In this document: positions 51,058-61,625 of the stretch, piece after piece
Position numbering within the stretch: position 1 is the stretch's first letter
How the letters are laid out: the number at the start of each line of letters is the position of its first letter
NCBI RefSeq assembly: GCF_006345805.1
Contig: NC_042998.1
Span: 32,302,001 to 32,366,000 of the forward strand
Source: Octopus sinensis
Taxonomy: Eukaryota
Reading direction: 5' to 3'
DNA length: 64,000 bases
The notes under the pieces: generated by a model
Database searches by the model: none
The model's input: the letters and a program-made list of their open reading frames with translations, nothing else
What the model was told of the DNA's origin: nothing
Position numbers and translations under genes: made by a program

Positions 51058-52248
51058 TTAAAATTTTTTGCCTTTCCTTTGGAGTGAATTTCTCTGTATA
51101 AGTATGTTGAAATGGTTAAGTCTGGGCTTGTACTTTTCAATGAAGAATGTTTCCTTGTTTAGTCTAATTTGTGTTGGTGTTCCGATAGCACATTGGTAAA
51201 ATGGAAAGATTAAAAATAGTGGTAGTAGTTGCTTTGCGCATTTCTCAATGTGCTCACTAAAGGGTATCATTGTGTATTCTGGGAATGCAATCTTTTGTCT
51301 ATGCAGTGTGCATCTACGTCTGAGTGATAGTCCCGTGCATCTCACGTAGTCTTGGTGGCAGCCCGAGCATTTTATGACATAAATTATGTTTTCAGAGGCA
51401 CAAGTAAAATTAGATTTGATCTTGAATTTCTGTCCCTTTTTGAAGAGGAATTCTGATCCTTCTAGCAGGTTTGGACATGTTGCACAGTTCGGTCTACCAC
51501 ATTTTTTTACTTTTGCATCCGTAATTTCAGAAAACAATTTTGCCTTTGTGAGAATCTTTTTAAGTGATTTAGGTTGTTTGTAGCTTTTAATGATTTGATG
51601 TATGTTTAGAATTTCCTTTAATTTGGGGTCCTTATGAAGTATTGGTATATTCTGGGTGATGATGGTGAAGGCTTCTTTGTTTCTGGGGCTGTATGTGGAT
51701 ATGTAAGGTAGTATTTTCGGGGAAGGTGTGTTGTTGTGTTGAACTTTTCTTAAAGTTTCTATGTTGATTTCTGTTGCACGTCTGATCCCATCCTCTATGA
51801 GTTGAGCTGGGTAATGTATGTCAATTAGGGTGTTTTTGAGTTCTTGCAGTCTAAAGTTCCTGGTATTTTGTTCTGACACTCTTGTGCATATCCTTCTTGC
51901 AAGGTTGAAGGGGATGTTTGTTTTAGTGTGTCTTGGGTGGCATGAATTAAAAAGAAGGTATTGTTTGGCGTCTGTGGCTTCGTAAAAAATGTCTGTTTCT
52001 ATTTTAAGGTTAATTCTTTTAATTAGTATATCCAAGAACGGGAGCTCCTTTTGGTTGTATTCCATTGTGAACTGTATATTTGGGTTTATGCCGTTCAATA
52101 GGTTTTTAAATTTTAGGAGTTTATCTGTGTTTTCATTCCAGAGTATAAAACAATCGTCCAGGAATCGTTTCCAATTCTCTTTTATGTATTGAGAGAGGGG
52201 GTTTCCAAAGATTGATAACGATTCCTTGTAAATGATTATTTCCAGGTA
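51058..52248 (-). CDS. PLE polyprotein C-terminal portion (RT motifs, thumb, Cys-rich linker, GIY-YIG endonuclease); no start codon
   Basis: Frame stays open upstream of the tracked ORF: YLE...WKRFLDDCFILW (FLDD 52153-52164), IQFTME, LPFLDI, CHPRH, CGRPNCATC (Neptune-like linker), NIIYVIKC..C...YV...G...R.R...H. Confidence 0.88.
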   Translation of the reverse strand, partial: YLEIIIYKESLSIFGNPLSQYIKENWKRFLDDCFILWNENTDKLLKFKNLLNGINPNIQFTMEYNQKELPFLDILIKRINLKIETDIFYEATDAKQYLLFNSCHPRHTKTNIPFNLARRICTRVSEQNTRNFRLQELKNTLIDIHYPAQLIEDGIRRATEINIETLRKVQHNNTPSPKILPYISTYSPRNKEAFTIITQNIPILHKDPKLKEILNIHQIIKSYKQPKSLKKILTKAKLFSEITDAKVKKCGRPNCATCPNLLEGSEFLFKKGQKFKIKSNFTCASENIIYVIKCSGCHQDYVRCTGLSLRRRCTLHRQKIAFPEYTMIPFSEHIEKCAKQLLPLFLIFPFYQCAIGTPTQIRLNKETFFIEKYKPRLNHFNILIQRNSLQRKGKKF

Positions 52249-52374
52249 TTTCTTCTAAACTATGTCATTGTAAGGAAAAAAAATTATAACATTCTTCAGA
52301 CATATTGACTCAAATATATATTTTTTAACCTTTTAAAACAAGCCTTCTGTAGTTTTTTCACTTTTTACTATTTT

Positions 52375-52746
<372 letters not shown>

Positions 52747-53353
52747 TATTATACTGTTGGTTGTGTTTTCTGAACATTATGGACATGCAGAAATAGTAGA
52801 GAGTTGGACAAATACCATTCTGTATATAGTTATCAGAACTGAACATTTTGCCTTTCATCCTTTTGGAGTTGATAAAATTGGCAAGCATCAGAGTTTACAA
52901 AATTTATTCCACACCTCCTCACTTCACCCAAATCTGGAATCTTCTGTCTATGTTAGAAATATTAAGGTGGGAAAAGTCAGAAGCTGCCAAACAAACTGTC
53001 TTTTCTTTATGCCCCTCAGTTCAAATCATGCCAGTGTTAATCTCACCTTTTATCTCCCTTAAGCAAAGACAACTGCAGTCTGCAGACAAAATAAGTATCA
53101 ATAGTTTACAGAGAATTGATTCATTTCGCTGCAGCACTTTTTCTAAAAGTATGTAGACCTCCACCAAAGTGTGAAACCAATTCTGATGTCACAGCTGTGA
53201 AGTTAAGACTGTCAGCATTGTTTTTCTTAATTAACTGAGTCAAGGTGAATAGAAAGGATTAATACAGTAATCCATCGACTATCAAGGGAGTTACGTTCCA
53301 AAACCCCCCACGAGAGGTGAGAATCCATGAAGTAGAAACAGTACTATACTGTA

Positions 53354-53931
53354 TGCAGATATGCAGGAAGTAAATAGACACCTTTAATTTTCAAAATCTT
53401 TTATTTGATATTAATTGATTAAAGGAAAGGTTTTCTTCTAGCTGCTCGTCCATAATACCTGGACTTATGCAGATATGTAACACACGTTCTTGGACTAACT
53501 TCTAGCTGTTTTGCAATGTCAGAAGCTTTTGAACAGGGTTCATTTTCCACGATTCTCTTCAAACAGCGATGTTTCCTTTCTGAGGGCTCAGGTCAGCCAG
53601 GACGAGAATCTGTTGATTCTTTTCCTTGGCTTTTGAATTTCACTATAATTCTATTAACAGTAGCAAGTCAAATTTGAAGATTTTCGTCAATTTTTCGCTG
53701 GCTAAGACCAGCCTCAGACTGCCCAACAATACGACCTCTTCGAAAATCTGACAGTTCTGCTGAATTTTTTGTGTGTGTCATGGTTACTCTTCGCAAATGT
53801 TTAATACAATGGTACCTGGAATGAAAAAGAATAATTACATTTTAAATTCTACACTTCTGAAAACATATTAAGACGCTCAGATCAGAAATTTTGAAAATTA
53901 AAGGTGTCTATTTACTTCCTGCATGTCTGTA
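53354..53931 (-). mobile_element. Second copy of the Tc1 deletion derivative, without the SINE
   Basis: Same TIR (CAGGAAGTAAATAGACACCTTTAATTTTCAAAAT) and internal sequence as 18291-19111; single GTCCATAATACCT site. Confidence 0.88.
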
Positions 53932-54234
53932 TATTTTTAAAATTATTTTTATAATTTCTATAAATTTATTTGATTATAAATGCAAAACAAAGGAGGAATT
54001 GATGTAAGTCTAAATAATAAACCATGATAGGTGATATGGCAAGGGATTACTGTAATAATAAAAATTCCAACATTGAAATCAATCATGCATATAAGTATTG
54101 CAACAAGGACGAGCCTCCATATGCATGCATGTACATGTGTGTGTGTGTGTGTGTGTGCGTGTGTATGTGTGTGCATGTGTGTGCGTGTGTGTGTGTGTGC
54201 GTGTGTGCGTGTGTGCGTGAGTGTGTGTGTGTGT

Positions 54235-54369
54235 ACATAGCTGTGTGGTAAGAAGCTTGCTTCCCAACCACATGGTTCTGGGTTCAGTCCCACTGCATGG
54301 TACCTATAGCTTCAGGCCAACCAAATCATTCTTAGTGGATTTGGCAGACAGAAACTGGAAGAACCCCAT

Positions 54370-54380
<11 letters not shown>
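54235..54380 (+). mobile_element. SINE family A, 5' part with deletion
   Basis: GCTGTGTGGTAAGAAGCTTGC head. Confidence 0.8.
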
Positions 54381-54407
<27 letters not shown>

Positions 54408-54424
54408 TATATAGATATATATAT

Positions 54425-54648
54425 TGTTGTATTTGGGATGGTCATGTTGCCAGTTTAGCCAATAAAAACACACACACACTGTATATTTGGTGTTAATTTG
54501 CTTCAGCTTTTTTTACATTAATCGTATTTTAGTCAGAGTTCTTTCGTCAGCTGTTTCTTGGATATCCCAGAGTATGGGATATTCTGTCATCAGAGACAAA
54601 TAGGGAGTATCCTATACTCGGGGATATCCTAGAAACAGCTGTAAGCTT
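54425..54648. mobile_element. Arm of the 36425 family fused to a 35-bp-arm hairpin with HHR-like halves
   Basis: 54425-54547 homologous to 36425-36563; hairpin arms 54548-54583 and 54606-54640. Confidence 0.65.
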
Positions 54649-54803
54649 TGAATTTTTTCCAATAATAAGAAAACACAGTCATTGAAACTTTCTCTGTAGC
54701 ATGTGAATAAAGCAAGATGCTACAGAGAAAGTTTAAATGAAGATTCATAAGGGACAAAGAGAGGAAGACTGAAGTTATTATATTAAGAATATAATATTAT
54801 TAC

Positions 54804-55061
54804 TGGAAGGTGTTTATAAGCCATTTAAAACACACAAAAAACCGTTAGATTCACTTCAACATTTAAATTTGATTTACCAAAATATTTTCGATGCTTTGAG
54901 ACCGCTACCTGTTCACTGACAAAATTCCACATAGCACAGAATTTTGTCAGTGAACAGGTTGCGATTTCAAAAGGATGAAAATATTTTGGTAAATTAAATT
55001 TAAATGTTGAAGTGAATCTAATGGTTTTTGTGTTTCTTTAATGGCTTATAAACACCTTCCA
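54804..55061. mobile_element. ~260-bp fold-back, each arm with a G3:C8 HHR-variant motif
   Basis: Arms TGGAAGGTGTTTATAAGCC.../...GGCTTATAAACACCTTCCA, 11-nt loop 54928-54938; motifs 54876-54920 (minus) and 54946-54990 (plus). Confidence 0.85.
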
Positions 55062-56704
55062 TGCTGCAATTGTTTTCGTTCTAGCAGGCGATATCAGATC
55101 AGGTCACTTGCTATGCAAGTACATGTCTGTAAATATTATTACTGAAATCAATATTCTACGATTATGGCATCTCTTCGGGCAAACTGACAATGTAATATAA
55201 GTATGGAAGCCAGACAGGCTCATAATAAAGACTTAAATTATTTACTCTAAGCAGATATAAAATCCTAGATTTTGCTGTCTCATGCAAAATATAGAGGAAA
55301 GAGAGCAGAAAAATTGAAAACACCCTGCACTCTGATAGACAAATAATAAATACAAATAAATATCCTCTTTATAATCATGGCAGCACAGGGAATAACACAA
55401 TACCACTTCTCTTAGAGTCTGAAAGCAGTCTGAAAAGAAAAATTGGAATTGACACTCATTGTGTCAACTCTTCAAGCCGGTGCCCCAGCATGGCCACAGT
55501 CTAATGACTGAAACAAGATAAAAGATAGTGAAATTGAAAAAAAACTGTCATCTTGTATTTTGAAAGTATCTTTTTTGTAGCTTTTGAGAGTAGGTGATAT
55601 TACAAAACATGAAATATTTTTTCATATTAAAAAGTCTTAAGTGTAAATATCTGACAATAAGTGTCAGATGTGTGATAAAGTAGACAAAACTGTCAATTGT
55701 AGATATTTTATGATATTAATAACAGGAATAACATTTATGTGGAAGGATTTGTGTTAGCAATCATGCCAATACATGAAGAAAATGGTTCTCAGCAATATTG
55801 ATTATGTAGGAAATGTATTTGTTCAATGTAAAGCCTTAGCTTTATGGAAATAACATCGAAGGCCTTGAACAACATAGGGAATAGTTAACTAATATGAAGC
55901 ATTCATCTTGTAAACATTAATTAAAATTAATGATGTTGTAAAGTAGAATTTTAAATGTACACAGGAAGAGGAATATTTGGAAGGAAAGGAAAGATCGTTT
56001 AATTTTTCAGAAAACTCTTTAATAAATTATTACAAATAACTGGAATGGAATGGAACGGTATCAAAGAAAATCAATAACTGAAAATTTAACAATAACATCG
56101 ATTATGAACATGATGATGTTTCCCATCTGTGATAAATTAAATATTCAACTAAATTGTAAAATACTTTGAAATTATATAAATAGCTGTTCCTTTAATAAAA
56201 TAGATATTTCTGACAAATATTATAGATGTAGAGTAAATAATTTTGTAAAATAAACTATAATATTTAAATGAAATTAGATAAATTTCCTGCAGAGGAAACT
56301 AATATAACTTTCTAAATGTTATTGAATTGATATTTATTTGGGACAAAAGAAAAATAATGAAATAGGAAAGACAATATTTCTTGATAACAAGTTTAGTTGA
56401 TTATTTATTTATCTAACTTAGATTATCTTTAATGTGATACAAATGAAGTTAATAATATTGGATTTATAATCATTATTGATAAAGAAATCATCATCATTTC
56501 TTAATATTTCATAACTGGTAAGGTGGCTGGAAGAGTTGCTAACAAGCCAGGTTGAGTGCTTAGCAGTATTTTGTCTGTTTTTACATTCTGAATTCAAGTT
56601 CTGCTGAGATCTACTTTCCCTTTCATCTTTTTTGAGGTGAATGTAATTAATTTAGACCCTCCCCTGAAAGTTCTAGCCTTGTAACAAAATTTGAAATTAT
56701 TTCA

Positions 56705-57182
56705 TAACTGGCTCCCCGTGCTGGTAGCACATAAAAAGCACCATCCGAATGTGGTCAATGCCAGCCCCACCACATGGCCCGACTGGCTCCTGTGCCAGTA
56801 GCATGTAAAAAGCACCATCCAAACATGGCCAACGCCAGTGCTGCTTGACTGGTCCCCAAGCCAGTGGCACATAAAAAGCACCATCTGAACGTGGTCAATG
56901 CCAGCCCCCCCCCCCCCCACACACCTGCCCTGATTGGCTCCTGTGCCAGTAGCATGCAAAAAACACCATCTGAACATGGCCAATGCCAGTGCTGCCTGAC
57001 TGGCTCCTGTGCCAGTAGCACATAAAAAGCACCCATTACACTCTCAGAGTGGTTGGCATTAAGAAGGGTATCCAGCTGTAGAAACCTTGCCAGAGCAGAC
57101 TGGAGCCTGGTGTGACCTCTTGGCTTGCCAGCCCCCAGTCAAACCGTCCAACCCATGACAGCATAGAAAACAGACATTTAAC

Positions 57183-57232
<50 letters not shown>
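56705..57232 (+). mobile_element. RTE-type 3'UTR fragment with several internal repeats
   Basis: Repeated AAAAAGCACCATC units; (GAT)n tail. Confidence 0.88.
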
Positions 57233-57819
57233 GTTGCTTTAAAAGACAATATAAATTGACTACAAGCTATCAAAAATTAAAAATTTAAAGTTAGAAACTA
57301 TGTTATCTGCACACATGTTGGGCCAGATGCCAGCTGATTTTTATGCTTCATTAGCTTCGTCTCTCATTAGATTTATTCTGCATGATGGGCATCATTATTT
57401 CACACCCATTTTTCTATGCATGCGGGGGTTGGACAGGTCTTCTCCAGCAGTCAATTCTAGTTTCATGCATAAAGGCTCAGTGTTCAAACATCAGCCTTCC
57501 CCAGGTCATTCAGTATTTTCCTGGTGATTCTCTTCCACAAATTTCTAACCATTTATTTACCCAACAGTCATTCCCACATTATACTTTGTTTACCGATTTT
57601 TGTATTTCCAGAATACTTAATTAACTACGTGGATAAATACATTTCCATCCTATAACTGCACACACACATACACATTGTGCGTGTGCATGTGTGTGTGTGT
57701 GTGTGTATACGCATATATATGTGTGTGTGTGTGTATATATGCATGTATGTGTGTGTGTGTGTATACATTTATATACATATATACATAGTAAATATTGAAT
57801 TAAAACAGCTCTAATGTAA

Positions 57820-57927
57820 TACAGTTCTATATCTAAGAGATGAGGAATTATGTACATTATTTACATTTGACGGATATTTGTCCTCATCTTGTTTGGTGTT
57901 AACATAACATTTCGGCTGATATACCCT
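57820..57927 (-). mobile_element. Family H tail fragment, truncated within the HHR
   Basis: GATGAGGAATTATGTACATTATTTACATTTGACGGATATTTGTCCTCATC...TTTCGGCTGATATACCC. Confidence 0.8.
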
Positions 57928-58907
57928 TGAATATACTGCTTGAGAACTTTACTCAAGACCATACAACATACATGTTACAAGAATATTCCTAAATTCCAAA
58001 ATAAAAACCATATTTACCAGAGACCAGCAAATTATAAAAGAGAAAATGGTTTGCAGTAATAAAACATCAGGTGAAATATATAAAGGAAAAAAAAAACAGT
58101 CACTACCACTTTGCCTTGATAATATCTGCATATCCCAATACCAAATGGAGACTAGCAGATAATGCACATGTGCGCGTATGCACATATTGTTGACATCATA
58201 AGAATTTTATTATAATCTTTCAAGAGAATCTGAAATAATTCCTTTTTGGGGGGAATAGTGGATCTCAAAGTGCACATATAAAGCTATAATGTACTTCCGG
58301 ACTCCTTATTCCAAAAAATAATTATAGATATGCATGTGCATATGTGCGTGTGTATGTGTGTGTGTGTGTGTGTATAAGGTGTTTCAAAAATGCATGCACA
58401 TATTAAATGTTCATTTCAAGTTCAAACTTTGATAGAGACTGCGCATAAAATTTAATATTTTTATGAACTCCTGTTTTCACACTGACGACTGTTCTGGTTC
58501 AGACATTGTTGATAACATGAAGTAATGGGATCATAAACATCAAAAAAACATTTCTTTCTATTTTTGTGCATAGTCTTGTTCAAGGCTGTTCTCATGTTGT
58601 TAACTGGTGCCAGTTTTGTATGGTAAACTTTCTCTTTCAAGCATCTCTATGAAAACTCTAGTGAAACATATAATCCTAATAAAAAAAAAGGCTAAGAAAG
58701 AATCAGCACATCTTTAACGATCAGAAACAACTGGAAGTGGCCATTGAAGATGAGACTCAGCTTTAGGAAGGAGATTAGGTCGGGTGCTGTACTAGAAATA
58801 CTTGCTTTCTGAACCATTACATACTCATCTGCATAGACGTAAACTCATATATGCATACATATATACACAAATATATTGAATTATATACACACACACATAT
58901 ATACACT

Positions 58908-58937
<30 letters not shown>

Positions 58938-58939
<2 letters not shown>

Positions 58940-59610
58940 CCGAGACCTATGGAAGTATGCTGTGCGTGAGAAGACCCGGCAAGACTAGTGAAGCCATAAT
59001 CCGTGGCCCCTACCTGGGACGTAGTCAGTCCACCTGTGCATACCTTCCTTCTTGTGACACTTGTGAAGACCTGTTGAGGCAAGTGAGAATCGAATCAAAT
59101 CAAATCAAATCGAACCAAATCAAAATAGATGTACATCAATGGAATTTGTACCCTTGTGGTACCAGTGCCGGTGGCACATAAGAAAACCACCCGAACGTGA
59201 CCGTAGCCAGTACCGCAACGACTGGCCTCCGTGCTGAGGGCACGTAACAAACACCATCCGAGCGTGGCCGTCCGCCAGCCTCGTCTGGCACCTGTGTCGG
59301 TGACACATAAGAAAACACCATCCAGCGTGGCCGTCAGCCAGCCTCGTCTGGCACCTGTGTCGGTGGCACATAAAAAACACCATCCGAGCGTGGCCGTCTG
59401 CCAGCCTCGTCTGGCACCTGTGTCGGTGGCACATAAAATCACCCACTACACTCTCGGAGTGGTTGGCGTTAGGAAGGGCATCCAGCTGTAGAAACACTGC
59501 CAGATCTGACTGGCCTGGTGCAGCCTTCGGGCTTGCCAGACCCCAGTTGAACCGTCCAACCCATGCTAGCATGGAAAGCGGACGTTAAACGATGATGATG
59601 ATGATGATGA
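58938..59610 (+). mobile_element. Longest RTE-like 3' fragment: ORF end plus complete 3'UTR and (GAT)n tail
   Basis: DRDLWKYAVREKTRQD* at 58938-58988 (RTE-like DR..W terminal motif) runs into the repeat found 11 other times in the window. Confidence 0.75.
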
Positions 59611-59724
59611 TATATATATATATATATATATATACGTATACAGTTATCCTATTATGAGTCTTCCATGGTAAATTTCTTTCCCTAAATATATACATATATA
59701 TATATGTGTGTGTGTGTGTATGTA

Positions 59725-59764
<40 letters not shown>

Positions 59765-59774
59765 TAGCAAAGCG

Positions 59775-60042
59775 GTACAGGTGTCAATTCATTATGGCCA
59801 TTTCCAATGACTCCTTTAATTGATTAATGAGAAAACTACATCGTTACAAAGATGGTAGCAGGATCAATGAAAATAGTTTTACTCCATGAAATTGTTAACT
59901 ATGTTGAATAAGTTGAGCTGTTCTTTATGTTTGAAGATCATGAATTCATCTGACGAAAACAGTTTCTTTGCAATGACGTAATGTTCTCATTAATCAATTA
60001 AATGAGTCATTAGAAATGACCGTAATGAATTGATACTTATAC
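59775..60042. mobile_element. Fold-back/MITE with ~78-bp inverted arms
   Basis: GTACAGGTGTCAATTCATTATGGCCATTTCC... vs ...GAAATGACCGTAATGAATTGATACTTATAC. Confidence 0.75.
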
Positions 60043-60869
60043 CTCTTTGTTACTCACTTATATTTTATTCACCTGTCCTGGAATCTATGCTTCGTCAATA
60101 TTATATGTATACATACATATATACATCTAAAAGTGCTTGTGCAGGAAACAACAAAATTTGTATACATCCATGGTAATTAAGAGTGCAGTTAGTCATAGGT
60201 CACTAAACTTTGAAATGCTATAACATTGCAGGAGAACCAGTGAAAGAATCTTGCATATATCTATATATATATATACACACACTTAAATGGTTGAAACAAT
60301 TTATAAAAGCAAAGTATTTTTATAATTAGAGACTGAATAGCATAAATTTCACAGATAGATAATTTTCTAATTACATTCAACAGCTGCTTCGTTTGAAGTA
60401 TACAGAAGTTTTCTTTAATTACATATTTAAGATACATAATTAATTAAACTTAATTTAAATTGAATTAATTTACAGAAGTACTTATGCCAGTTCATCAGGA
60501 ATACTAATGGCTACGCTAGCCACAAACCATTGCTTGATTTAAACCAGCATCAATACTGATTCAATTTCTTGAAACTGGTGCCTTATATGTGCAAAAATAT
60601 AAGCTTAACGTCTCATGCAAGAAAATGTTATGTACGAATTGCGATCCCTGATTTCAATGCACAAGTGGATACTGTGGTAGATAAAGTGTTATGTTGTGTC
60701 TCCAAAACCCGTTCTGATTTGTGAAACCAATGTTATATTTGGAATCGGCATCCTAAAATGTACCAAAGAATAGACCTAAAGCATTGCAATTTAATAAACA
60801 CTAACACTATGACCCAGCAACGCCAGGTCATAGTGCAACTGCATGCATATACAGCTGCATGCATGTGCA

Positions 60870-61136
60870 CATACACGCGAGTAATGTCCAAATCTCCGAT
60901 CAATCACATACAGCTAGCTGGCATTCAATTGGCGTATCAAGTTTCGGGCGTTTTGATTGGGTTTTGGATAGGGCTTTGCGGGGTGACTGGGGAAATGTAA
61001 AGATGTGCACGACCACCCTTGGACGGTTTTGAATGACCATAGACAGTGCGAGCCCTCTAACTGAAAAATTGTGGATTTGCATAAAGGATACACACACACA
61101 CGCACACAGACATTTTGCCGTTTATATATAGAGAGA
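60870..61136 (-). mobile_element. Helitron-like 5' segment; a plus-strand Helitron-like 3' hairpin lies at 60805-60835
   Basis: Minus A|TCTCTATATATAAACGG start; CACTATGACC-cagcaacgcca-GGTCATAGTG hairpin, CTAG end not intact. Confidence 0.45.
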
Positions 61137-61356
61137 TTATCATTGTAATCAGGTCATTACCAATTCCTTCACAGATTAAGGAAACCTATTGCTGACAGTA
61201 ATCATGTAATCCCCATGATACGGAAGCAAAAGACAACTACATTCTGAGGAAATGGATACCACCAGTAAACCATGCCCCAGTTGAATGCTGAATGGAACTT
61301 ATGCCAATGTTAATTCTGTGCCAGAATGGTTGAAGCTGAAGACTGAAAATAAAGGA

Positions 61357-61625
61357 AGATCATCCTTTAATGTCTGTTTCCCATGCTGGCATGGGTTGGA
61401 CAGCTTGACAAGAACTGGCAATCTGCAGGGCTACACCAGCCTCCAACTGCCTGTTTTCGGATGGTTTCTGTGGCTGGATGCCATTCCTAACTCCTGCTAC
61501 TTTGCACAGTTTGCTGGATGTCTTTTACATGGCACCAGCATGGGCACTATTTACATGACGTAGTTAACATGTGGCACTGGCACAGGTGGTGCCTATATGG
61601 TGATGCTGCAGGTGTCTTTTACATA
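61357..61625 (-). mobile_element. Old RTE-type 3'UTR fragment
   Basis: TTTCCCATGCTGGCATGGGTTGGAC...GGATGCCATTCCTAAC. Confidence 0.7.

Larger units (their letters stand above)
50740..52374 (-). mobile_element. 5'-truncated Penelope-like element with inverted terminal copy
   Basis: ORF remnant 51058-52248; 3' terminus with HHR motif; 52248-52374 is the reverse complement of 50788-50915; flanked by (TA)n/(CT)n. Confidence 0.9.

Noticed and set aside
53265-53350. Tigger/pogo-like MITE end (TA|CAGTAATCC...)
   Set aside because: Only one end is visible and no partner TIR was found beyond the Tc1 copy.
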